From Camelus dromedarius (Eukaryota), in assembly GCF_036321535.1 (NCBI RefSeq), contig NC_087437.1, positions 41,852,001 to 41,916,000 of the forward strand: 64,000 nucleotides of DNA. Direction: 5' to 3'. A program made the translations under genes and the position numbers. Position 1 is the first letter of the stretch, and each line of letters starts with the position of its first letter. The notes under the pieces are model-generated. The model saw only the letters and a program-made list of their open reading frames with translations, did no database searches and was not told where the DNA came from. Of this stretch, positions 52,801 to 64,000 are shown piece after piece.

Positions 52801-53650
52801 TGAGTTCTTTTGGGATTGCATCCTAAATTGCAGAACACCTTGTTCTGATTGATGTGCTTTTTGAAGTCTTGTTACCTTTTTTGATGAAAAGGATCAAAGT
52901 GGTGTGGAGGCAGATTAGTCTGGCTTAATGTAAATCTGATCTCTGAGGCTTTTCTACATTCACAAAGGCACCAGAGTGGGGCTCTTCTTTTCTTGTTGCT
53001 AGTTTATTACAATTACGAATGAAACACTAATGCTATTATATAAAAGATCATAAAACAGAGGTACATTTTTTAGTGTTTTCTATGTCCAAAAAAAAAAAAA
53101 AAAAGAGACAACACTGTGAATCATAGGGCTACAATTGGACTACAGTTACATCAAGAGGATCTTACATGAAATTTTGTTGCAGTCTTTGCCCCTGTATCAG
53201 GGGAGTGAAATGTCATCATCACTCTTAGGAAAAAATACTTAAGAAACCTGTTAAGAGTGTGTAGAAGTTTTTATCTTCTTAGATACTTGTGGTCCTGAAG
53301 TTAGTACTACATACAGAACAGGCTCTTTCAGACCTTGGGATCCGAGTAATTTTTCCTGGTGCTTACTTATTAAATGCATTTGAGAGGCTCCCCCCTACCC
53401 CCACCCCATTTGTTTTGAAGAGACTTCCTCTGAGAATTAGTGGTAGAGTATTTGTTCAGAGAGCCCCACACAGAGGGTGTAGTGTTGTCCCTGTTCCAGG
53501 TTGTGCATCGTGGTATTACCCGAAGGCTGGAGAGAGCAGAGAATGTCCAGGGCATCTTCTCCCGCTGCCTCGGTGCCCACGTGCTCCGGGAACAGTAGTC
53601 AGCGTGCTGTCCGGGCGGCGTGGCTGCCTGCGTTCCCACTGCCCGGAGCG

Positions 53651-53682
53651 CCCCCTCTGCTCCCCCTCTGCTCCCCCTCTGC
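53651..53682. repeat. Short tandem repeat (CCCCCTCTGCT)x3
   Basis: Units at 53651, 53662 and 53673; the last lacks the final T. Confidence 0.9.
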
Positions 53683-54119
53683 CCTCAGGCATGGGGCGAC
53701 TGCCCAGATTTTAGCTCTACCTTTCCTAACACCCATCTTGTTGGAACCCATCCCACAGCCCCCATAGCTGTTTTCAGATGCTTCTGTTTGGTCATTAGCT
53801 ACCTATCTCTTCCCCAACTGGACTCAGACTCTGGGCTCCTGGAGATTCACCTTTTATGTCTTGAGTATCAGGAGTGATGCTATGTTGACTGAGTGAGGAA
53901 GCATATGGAAGAAGGAAATAAGAAATTAGTGATTGACTGGTCCAAGCCCGGCTTCCATACTATCAGTACTCATCCTTTCTCTTTCCTCATTTTACTTGAA
54001 TTACTATGTGGTCTCTCCTTTCAGACCACTGATGGAGTGTCTGGGCCATGACGGTTTTTGAGGAGTACCATTTATAGCAAGAGTAAAAATGTTTTGTAAG
54101 GTAATCATAATCATAATCA

Positions 54120-54340
54120 TATGATATATATTCTTACTATACGTAGATTCGGTGCTTACTCTGTGCCATGCTTTTAAGTGCTTTATGTGCATTTCTTCAT
54201 TTAATCTTCACAGTTTCATGAGGTAGGTACTTTATCATTTTCATTTTGTAAATGAAGAAACTGAGGTACTGAGAGGGCAAGAGACTTGCCTGAAGTTAAA
54301 AGCTAGTAAGTTGTGGAGTCAGGATTTGAACCTAGTCAGT
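54120..54340 (-). mobile_element. MIR SINE
   Basis: 'gtgcttactctgtgcca...catttaatcttcacag...cattttgtaaatgaagaaactgagg...caggatttgaacctag'. Confidence 0.85.
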
Positions 54341-55924
54341 TGTGGAAAATTGTGTGGGATAGGAGAGGGCATAATAAAATCTTCTCCCTGAAACTGCATA
54401 TTCCTTTATCAGTCTCTTCTGTATTACGCATTGCATTATTCCTCCTACAGTTATTTGGGTCAGCTTCTTGTGCTTTTGCTGAGAAATGCCATTGTTGGCT
54501 TCCTTGACTTGATAACTGCCTGTTAAGGTTTGCCACGCGAGAGGTTGATGATAGCTTTGCTGTTGGCTGCTCCTTCCATTTGAAGTAGACAGTTTTGTAT
54601 ATCTTAGTGAGATCGAATCAGAATTTCCTTGGTATTTATTTATTAATTTTATTTTGCTAAGCAAAATGTTTTATAAAATGTTCGCTGGCTTTTATGTAGC
54701 TAGAATAAGCAAAGACAGGGTTACCGCAATTAGGCAGAGGTTGATACCTTCAAAGAACTAGTGAATTCTAGTTAGTCATCGTTGTGTGCCTTTGATCTCA
54801 TTGACTTGCCTCAATACCTGGACTCTTCAGCCTCCCGTTCAGAGTGCCTTGGCGGCCTTACTCAGTTGTGCCCAGATGTTCTAGTCAGGTGGCTCCCGTT
54901 TCATCATTACATGAGGGAGGTTGTGAAATCTGGCTGACAGTTCTATTCAGTCATCTTCATTTAATTGGGTCTTGTTTTCCCCTTTCCCGTTCTAAGTAGG
55001 GGAATAGCCTGAAGCCAATTTTTGGCGGGGGTTGGGGTTGGCTACTAAAGCAATTTACAAGCTGATTTCTTTTATTTAAATAGCACTTTATTTAAAAAGC
55101 AGTTTTCTATATATTATGGAGTCATTCCCACAGGACCCTGTGAAGTAAACGAAGTGTGGATTGGCTCAGTGTGGAGATGAGAAAACCTAACCTGAAAGTG
55201 TGCACCTTTCCTTAGGGCACCATGGGAAATAAAGGGAAAAATCAGGCAACAGTTACAATTTCTTGATTCTAGATCTCCCTCTCCCTTTTTCTCCTGTGTT
55301 GCATTTTATTGTCTCAGAACTGACTAACCTCTAACTGAAAATCTGTAGGTGCACATCTTCACTTATAATGATATGAACATTACAATATTTTCATAGTGCT
55401 AACATTTTCCTAGACTCTTATTAGAATATTTTGACATTCCCATTTTTACAAATGAAGGACAGAGTTAGAAATCACCCAAATTACTATAATTGTGTAATTT
55501 TAGATGTTCGAGTACTAAACTGGGATCTGTCTACAGAATGCAGCTTCTTAATAGCCTTAAAAAAAAGGCACATCTTGGAGTCAAGAGTTTATGATATTAA
55601 AATAAGACCCTTGGCTATTTCTGGAGTGTGTTAGCTAATCTACCTTGTGGTTTTCTTTCCGTGGAATTGGTGAAGAAAGAGACAAATAAAATCCCAAACC
55701 GAGTCACAGGAAAGAATGAACACTCCTCTGGGCATACCGTCGTGTGGGATAGTCATAAATTCTACTGCCTGTGATGGCTGATGCGCGGGGAAGAGCAGAG
55801 TTGTAGCTCCCTGGCTGTGGACGGTGAGACCGGTGCACATGTGGTATGACTTTTAACCCTTACCTTTTTTACTTTAAACCAAAAAACCGTATATTTTTCT
55901 TAGGTGAGTTTGTTTTTTAAAGAT

Positions 55925-56130
55925 GGTAATTATGAAAAATTTCAAACATATACTACAAATGTAGAGGATAGCAGTGGGTCCCTGTGTTCTTGTCACCTGC
56001 CCTTAACATCCGTCAGCTCATGGTCATACTCGTTTAGTCTTTACCCCTGTTCATCCCCACTCCCTGCTGTACTGTTTTGATGCAGACCCCACACCTCTTA
56101 TTTAATCTCTAGTTATTTCACCATTTTTTT
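55925..56130 (-). mobile_element. Old L1MC-type 3' end fragment
   Basis: 'attatgaaaaatttcaaacatatac...gtagaggatag...tcacctgcccttaaca...tcatggtcatactcgtt'. Confidence 0.6.
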
Positions 56131-56914
56131 TTCAGCATAAGTTTTCTTCTAGTTGAAAACTTTCCAAATGAAATATTGGCATTTTTGCTACACAAATTGG
56201 TGATTGGGAATATAAAATTTCTAACTAATCAGTACTTTTCAAGTTGACTTTGGTTTTGGCTCACAAACTTTTTTTTTCCTGAAATGGGAAAAAAGGTTAT
56301 TTGTAGTAACAAACAAGTGAGTCTTTTGGTAGTGTTAAAAATTAGCTTATTTTTCAGACTTAACTTTTTTTCTTATTCAAAAGAATTACTTTTTCATCAA
56401 CTTTCAAACTTTTGTGTAGGACCATAATGTTGTTCAGTTTTATGTGTTTCCAGCCTTTATATTTCTCAGCTTTTTCAAACAGGATGAACTTTAGTGTACC
56501 GTAAGTTTATGCAATCATCAATTTAGGCACTGCTGATTTGGAATTTTCAGTAAATTGGATATAATTTTAATAGCAGGTTTCTATTCAGGGAACATATTTG
56601 TGAATTTAACCTGACATGGAAAAACTAACCTGGTTTATATATACATGCAATTAATTGAGTGATTAAATTTATTATGAGTAATAAAATCTGAATTAATCTT
56701 TATTCTTTCTAGATTAAGATCCTGTTTTGTGAAAGGTAGTCAAACTTAAAAGGCAAGTTTTGGCTCATGAACCTTATCTTTTCTCTTAAGTGTTCTAAGA
56801 TAGCATGGAGATTGGCTGTTACAGCCAGTCACACATACTAAAAGGAACAAAATACTCATTAACTAGAAAGGCTATGAGCATTTTTAAGGCCTTGAAGCAT
56901 ACTTAGGGCTTCAT

Positions 56915-57160
56915 AATAATAACAGCAAATATTTGCTTAGTCTTGCTGTTCTGAGCACTTGCTGCTTTGAGCACTTAACGCATTTAATCCTTACCGCAGT
57001 CCTGTGAGGATGGGTGCTGTAATTATCCTTGTTTTACAGACAGGAAACAGGTATGGGGAGTAAGTAACCTGTCCCAGTTCCAGAGCCAGTAAGTGGTTGA
57101 ACCAGGGGTAGAATTCAGTAGTTGGACTCCAGAGTGTTGGCTCTTAACAGCTCTGCTCAA
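56915..57160 (-). mobile_element. MIR SINE
   Basis: 'catttaatccttaccgcagtcctgtgagg...ttttacagacaggaaacagg...gtaagtaacctgtccc'. Confidence 0.8.
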
Positions 57161-57254
57161 GTGCCTCACTTGGTTTCCAAGCGGAAATACTAGTTCCTGT
57201 GCAAAATACTTGTCCCTCACCTTTTCATCAGTGAGAGTCTGGCCATTGTAGAGA

Positions 57255-57455
57255 AGTGCTGCCCCATAGAATTTTGTGAAATGATGGAACTATCATACTA
57301 TCTACAGTATCCAGTTGGATAACCACTAATCACATCGAGCCCTTGAAATGTGGCTAATGTGACTAAGGAACAAAATTTCAAGTTCTGTTTATTTTTAATT
57401 AATTTAAATTTAAATTTAAATAGTCCCATGGAGCTTCAGTATTGGACATTGCCAT
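57255..57455. mobile_element. MER3 (hAT-Charlie) element
   Basis: 'gtgctgccccatagaattttgtgaaatgatggaa...ccttgaaatgtggctaatgtgactaaggaac...taattaatttaaatttaaat'; same family as 33326-33517. Confidence 0.75.
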
Positions 57456-60400
57456 TTGAGAGCCCAAAAGACCTGGGAGAACTTATAGTTTGCGTTTTCC
57501 TGGGGGTAATGACAACCTCTTGACATTTTATGACCGTCAGTATCTCGACCTCATTTGGGCTGTCAATGGTTGTATCATTAAATAGTAATGATTTTAATGA
57601 GAGTGAAAATATTTTTACAAATGAGATAGTTGACTGTTTAAAACCTTAATACTTAACAACAAAATACTGTTTGATCACCAACAGAAGAGATCCTCAGCGT
57701 ACCACATCTGGAGACATCTCCTTGTTAATTGCTTTGTAGCTGAGCAGAAATTGCTTTGAAAGTCCCTTTGCTTTTTAGCCTTGGAGGGGAGTTCTTGCTT
57801 TGTAATGAGTCCAGCTCCCTGGTCAAGCTTAACATCAAGGAGTGATGGATGATAAGACAGTAACATGGCCTTTGTGGGCCAAAAGCAGCCCTTCAGAGCA
57901 AGCACATGGCTCACCTTTCTCGTCCAACCTGCCTCAGTAGAATTGTGTTGAAAGAGCTCCCATCTATGAAGATACAACAAGAAAACTCAGTGGTAATGAA
58001 GCCAGATTTTATTTCAAATGAGACCACATAAACTATGATTTAGTTGATAAATCGTGCCTCCTATAATGTGCTTTCATCTCAGCCTTTATGAGGCCCTTAA
58101 ACCTAATTATTTTAATCTTTTCTTTATGTTGATGAAAAGGGCCAGAGTGGTGGTTTCCATCAGCAATGGTGGGGATCTGAAATGCAGGCAAGCAGAGTCT
58201 CCAGATGGTGGCGGGTTTTGGACCTTAGCCACCAGGCAGACATAATTAAACATGTCTGCAGTCCCCTCATTTAGCAGTTCTGAAGCAGACATTTTCTTTG
58301 TTTATGGGATTGAACTGTTGTTATTGGCATATAAGTGAAGAACTAGAAGTACTATCGCCCGGTGCTGAAAGTCAGCCAGCCAGTGTTTCACACTGGATCT
58401 GGAACTCTGCTTTGAAAGGTTTGAGTGGAGAGAAGCTTCCACCAAACTTTGGGAATTAGCATGGTGGTGGGAAGTTTTCAACAGGTCCTGTTGGCTCAGT
58501 TCTTATTTGTAATTTTCAAACGTAGCAAAGTTGGAATGTAGAGAACCAGGACTGGGTGTGAAACTGGATTGGGACTTGAGGGAGGGAAGTACTGAATGGC
58601 AGGTGAAACATACCGGCTTCCTGGCTTCAGCTTCTTACTAAAGTTGGGTGGATCATTTGGTTGCTGTGGACTTTTTTTCCACTTGGTAAAACTTCTTTCA
58701 GGATGGGAAACCATGTATCACTAGAGAGTGATTTGACTTCTTGAAAAGAGAATTACAGTTTATTTGTAGAATGAAAGGTAGCTATGATGAGTGAGTTCCC
58801 ATGTTTACTCTGACTGTTTCATTGCCAATAAACTCTCTATTTACACTTTTAATGATGATTTAAGGAGCAGGTGAACGTTATTTAAAGGCATTTGCAGTGA
58901 GTTTTTCTCCTGCAGGTGACTGTACAGTGTGTTCTGTAGCTACCTTTTTCACTGAAGCTCTAGAACTGAGTTGGCTTCAGTGATGAGTCTGTGCTTCTGT
59001 AGTTTGAGTAAGTTTACTGACTTTGCTTTATGTCCTTTTCACTGAGAAACTTATTATTTTAGCCAGAAAAATAAAATTACCTTTCTTTTGTGCTTTTTTT
59101 CCCCTGGCCCCTTTCCTTTCCATATGAGCCTTACTAATGGGAAGCCAGGCCTTCTGTGATGAGTTTGGGATAATGTTGCACTGCATCTTCAAGCAAACGT
59201 TGTATCACAGGATGGTGACTCTGGATGAAAACTTCCTCTGGCTATGACCTTGCAAAAGATGTATTAAAATACAGTTGTCTCCAACTGAATTTTGACATAA
59301 TTTGGACCCTGTTATTCCAGTTGCTTAATTGAAAATACGCCTCTGCCCTGAGACATGTCTTCATACAGTTGATGGGATGCTGGTGCTGAACCATATATAG
59401 CTTGTGACTGTTGTGACTGGCACTGAGGTAGCCCCATTGCTGTGCAAGTAGTAGCAGTGGTTCCAAAATTCCACCGGGCGGCATTCACATCTAGTTCTCT
59501 ATTTACAAATCCTGCGGACTCTATAACTGAGAAGCTGCACATGTGCGTGCGTGTGTGCTCACACATGTCAAATCAGTCCACACGCACACACACAGCAGCA
59601 GCTTGTCCCAAGGACTTGGAGTGACAATCGAGTCTTCAACTCTTCTTAAAAAGGAAAAATTTGCACAAAGTTAAAACTTAAGTAAGTAAAAGACATCCGA
59701 TTAGTTCTCTTTTAAGAGCAGCCCTTGACTTCACGCTTTTGCATGTTAGAACTTGTCTTAGAGTCGATGAGGCTTGTTGCGCATGACTCTGTACTCTTGC
59801 CTTCTGGCTGTAGAGGATGATTTCCTGGTGAAGGATGTCGCAGGTGTCTTAGTTTGCTACTTTTTAGCATGAGGTATGCTTTAAGGGCCGGGGAAAAAAT
59901 CAGGTAATTTAAGTCTGTTTTGAGACACATGGAAAGGAAGCTATTTTGTAACTATTGGGCACGTGAAACTTGGCAGGACCCAAGTCAATTAGTGGCCACA
60001 GTCACGTGACTGATTACCGGTTGGGGACCCACAGTTAGCTTATTGCAGACCTACATCTGGCATAATTGATGTTGTCATCAGTATTAAACTACTCACCCTG
60101 CTCTGCCAACCTTCCTGCAATAACAAAAGTTTCTTGCTTTACATGTGTGCAAGTTTGTGTGACTCTATGTGTGTATAGAATTAGAGTTTTAACCATGACC
60201 CAATCACAACTAGTTGAACTTCTTGATTTTAACAACACATTAGAAAAACTCAGGATTCCATTACTTCCCTATTCCCTGTATTTGGGAAGCCTGTGGGTTT
60301 CTTCTTACCAAGTCGAATAAGAGGAAGATTGCTCCAAACCATGTTATCCTGTACCTAGGACCTGAAAGGAATACAGAGAAGGACAGGCCTCCAAAACTTG

Positions 60401-61382
60401 CACACTGACTTAAAACATGAATTAATATAAATTTTAAATGTTCGTTGCTGGTTTGTCATGGAAGTTAGTGGGTTGTTTCCTGAAGGGTTTGCTGTAAGGA
60501 GTCATTTTGTTCTCTGAGAGAAGGGTGGAGGGTAGTGAAGATGTAGGTGGGACTGGATTGGTAGGGAATTGTATGAGCAGGTCTCATTCATGCTTCCTTC
60601 CTACTTTGCTGCAGATACTTAAAGATTAGAAGTTAACTTCCCTTTATGGGGAAAAAACATGGCAAGGGATGTTCCAATTTCAGAGATTTTAATTTACGTT
60701 TTGCAGCTTATCTCAGGGCAGAATTTCTTTTGGTTAAGAGTTATCTAATACTTTTTTTTTTTTGGACAATAAGATGTTTTTACTTGTCTTTGTGTCTTCT
60801 GAAACTTCAAAAGAAGAGGCCTTTATTTTAATTTTTCCTTAATGGTTTTTATCATATTTGAGCTCTTGAGCACTGTAAAAATGGTATATGTATATGAAGT
60901 CCCCATTATCTCTTTTTCCTGAAAATTTATAGATCAGATCATCAGAAGATAAATATAGTTGTATTTTTACAACTGTAGGTTTACAACAAACAATTTTAAT
61001 CTGTTAGGCACTGGGGAGGCCATCTAACTCTGCATTCCAACCAGTGCCAAAACTCCCCTATGTGACATTTTGACACATGGTCATGAGACTGTGCTAGAGT
61101 TACTGTGATCCACTAACGAGACAGTTGGACAGGGGTCCTGGAGACCAGCTCCCAGGCCTGGTTCTGCCCCTAACTATCAGTTGGCTTTTGGGTATCTTTA
61201 CCATTATGATTAATGAGGTGAAAGAATCAGACCAGATGGTCACTAAGGTTTCTTTCAGTTCTTGATTTCTGTGAATATTTGCTAACAAAGTTTCTTTAAC
61301 TTTAAGAAATAGTTAATTTTTTGGACATGTTTCATTTTTATAATGAACCCAAATGGTCATGGTTAAAGATCGATTTTCTGTT

Positions 61383-61650
61383 AGCACTGTTTTTCCACGT
61401 ATTTTGATTGGGACCCACATTGAGACACATACTTTACCTTGTAGTCCAGTGTATAGACATACATGGAAATTTTCAATATGTATAACCAAACCAAGAGTCT
61501 TATAAATCAGTACTTGCCTTTACTCTTTGTGGTGCAGTTCTATACTATTCTATTTTATTTAAAGGAATGCCAGTTAGTGACCCACTAAATTGATTATATG
61601 ACCCAAGAATGGGTCTTGACCTGTAATTCAAAAAACTCTACTCCATAGCC
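61383..61650. mobile_element. hAT-Charlie MITE (MER119-like)
   Basis: 'gtgacccactaaattgattatatgacccaagaatgggtcttgacctgtaattcaaaaaac' resembles the MER119 end. Confidence 0.6.
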
Positions 61651-64000
61651 ACCTGGAACAAGTGTGTTTCTTCTTCCACGTGACAGCCTCTCAAACTCGA
61701 CTTCAGCTGGCTTGGTTGCCTTTACTGCTTCTCTCCTACAGGCTGAAGGTCCCCAGGGTTCAAAGCTTTTCCGTGTATGAGTCGATATTTTGACTCCCCA
61801 CCACTGTGATCACTGTGATGAACTGTGGTAACTTAACGTTTGTGTCCTTCTTAAAGTAACGGCAACCAGAGGAAATGTAATTTCAAAATACAATTTAACT
61901 AAGGCCAGCCCTTTCTTCTGCTTCCTTTCCTGCTAATGCCCACTACACGTTACACAGTTTTCCTGCAAATACTTGTTCCGCACATGTTTACTGAGCACTG
62001 CTGTGTGTTAGGACTGTTTGTAGTGTTTGGGGATACAGCAGTGGGCAGAAGCCCAGTCCCTGCTCTCGGAGAGCTGTGTCGTAGGGAGCCGTGCTGGCTG
62101 CTGGAGTGTGTCCGCGGTGGCAGCCGGGACCGCGCCCTCGGAGCGCTCCCTCAGCGCGCAGTCTCGCGGGCTCCTGTATAGCTCTGTGTTGTGTGCTGGT
62201 TAAGGCATTTCCCCTCCGAATTGTGAGCTCTTCCTGCCTTTCCACTTCACCGCACATCTCAGCGAAGATGAAATGGCAGCATCTTGGGGAGATAATATAT
62301 GTATGAAGCATTTTAAAATGTTAATTCTTCAAAAATAAGTTAAGTGGAAATTAGAGCTTAAAAAAGGACCAAAGTACAAAAATACTAAATTATTTTTCCT
62401 GAGTTTCAGAGTGAAGATTGAAAGTTTCTTTAGTATGTGATGAAAGCCCATGAGTTCAGGTCGCAAGGGCATCAAGAGGGGTCTTTAACTTTTGGGGACA
62501 ATGACGTATACTCTTAAAATTTAAACTATTTCTAGAGTGACTTTGGCATGGTTAAATTTGGACCAATGTTAATAGTTTTAGTTTATAGTTAAAAACTGAA
62601 TTCAGTTAACTAAAATGGGCATTATATATCAAGTAATACATTGGGGAAGAGCTTTGAGTCAGTGAAGTAAAAATGTGGTTCCTATCTTCAAAGCTTGCAT
62701 TTGAGCTAGAATATCTACGTACATGAAATGATATAAACTAGTGATCAGGCCACATAAGTACAACTTGAATGTGATTATAGATAAGTAGAGCAAATAACTG
62801 GAGACCTAGAATTGGAAGGAGGTGGGAGTGGATTGTTCTAAGTTGAATGTAACTTAAGGAATCGAAAGCATTAAAAAAATCTGCTTAGGTGAAGTTGCAG
62901 TTTATTTACCTTTTAAAAAATAGTTAGAATTTCTTTTATTTGAAAAATTAGCAAAGTAAGAATTTTTGGAGAAGATGTAAATATATTTCTAACATGGGGA
63001 ACTAGTATTTAGAATGAAAGAGCAGGGGAGCAAGCCTTCAATATGACATTATTCAGTCAGAACGGAATTGTATTGATTCCGGGGTGTGGATGTTTCTATG
63101 TGGTGGCATTTTCACACAGGCCTTTTCCTTTATTTTATTCTGAACTACATAAATATCAATTAAAGCTTTCTAGTCCAAGTTAACAGATGGCGATGTATGC
63201 TGGATTTATAAACAAAGCCCTAGAACAATACTACACTTAATTGATGAATGCTCTCTCCCTTCTCTGAAGAAAGATTTTGGCCTCCAGTGTGGTTGTCTGA
63301 GAGAGAATTAATGAATTCTTTTCTATGACCTCATGTAGAAGGACTCTCACTATAGAAATAGTTGATTTTTCCCCCCAAGAAGACAACTTGAATACTTGTT
63401 AAGTTGCCTAGTAATTTTGAGTTCACAAAGATGGATTGAAAAAGTATTTGAGCAACTTGTATTAAAGTCACCTTAAAAAAAAAAAAAAAGTCATATTTTT
63501 GTCTTTGGAGTAGAATGATGATTCACAACCAAAAAATAGTACCTAAAATAAAATGCTCAGAAAAGGAGAGCACGTCTAGTTCTGTGATTTCAGGCAAATT
63601 AGATTTATTTTAAACTTTTTTTCTGTGAACTTCCACTTGACATTCTTTAACATGAGATGACACTTTATGCTTAAAATGCACCCTTCCCCACTTACTTAAG
63701 ATAAGTGAAAATGCTGTTTTGTAATAGTGCCATGCAAATGGAATCTTGGGGTTTGGGAAGGTGAGCCCAGGTGTCCACGTCCAGTGGAATGCTCATCCCT
63801 GTGCATAAGAAGGCGAGAGGAGCCGTTTGACCAGTATGACAATGTCGGTAGAAAATACTCATTCTCATTTGTTTGGAAATGATATATTTCAGATTGTGAA
63901 GAAGGCTATCTCATCTCTTCATCGTAGCTTCTTTGAAACAAGCACTAGGTTGATTCAGGTAAATATTTAAATATACTGAAGCATTTGGATTGCAGCAGAT

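Larger units (their letters stand above)
30481..64000 (+). other. Long first intron, continuing beyond the window
   Basis: GT donor at 30481, no recognisable coding exon downstream, T-rich sense strand and low L1 content. Confidence 0.7.

Noticed and set aside
53289..53877. ORFs of 85-141 aa in the intron
   Set aside because: No recognisable domain, non-ATG starts for the longer + strand ORFs, and they are explained by the local GC-rich patch and tandem repeat.
58900..58920. TTTTTCTCCTGCAG|GTGAC acceptor/donor fusion (also TTCAG|GTAAAT at 63958)
   Set aside because: The donor half is weak in the first case and the pyrimidine tract is poor in the second; both are too common to report.
1..64000. 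CRISPR array, operon or other prokaryotic/viral system
   Set aside because: No regularly spaced repeat-spacer structure and no gene-dense segment; the whole window reads as mammalian repeat-rich non-coding DNA.

Overview
Mammalian genomic DNA, most likely camelid: two tRNA-derived SINEs resemble the camelid Vic-1 type. I find no supportable protein-coding exon, RNA gene, CRISPR array or prokaryotic-type system. Positions 1-30,000 are intergenic and dense with decayed retro- and DNA transposons: nested L1s, L2, L3/CR1, MIR, ERVL/MaLR LTRs and Tigger. A CpG island at about 30.2-31.9 kb contains a + strand non-coding first exon ending at AAG|GTAAGG (30480/30481). From memory, this exon closely resembles the human FNDC3B 5' UTR; I could not verify this by search. 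A probable second first exon lies about 0.9 kb downstream. The remaining 33 kb is the repeat-poor first intron. The ORFs in the track are L1 ORF2 debris, GC-rich or low-complexity artefacts, or short ORFs with no recognisable product. The best leads are splicing and regulatory: a 28-nt motif shared by both first exons, a TACTAAC-anchored candidate cassette exon with a uORF, two roughly evenly spaced recursive-splice-like AG|GTRAG sites, an AP-1 cluster and a perfect CLEAR/E-box palindrome. These are hypotheses, not a demonstrated new system. Repeat subfamily names and most repeat boundaries are by-eye estimates.
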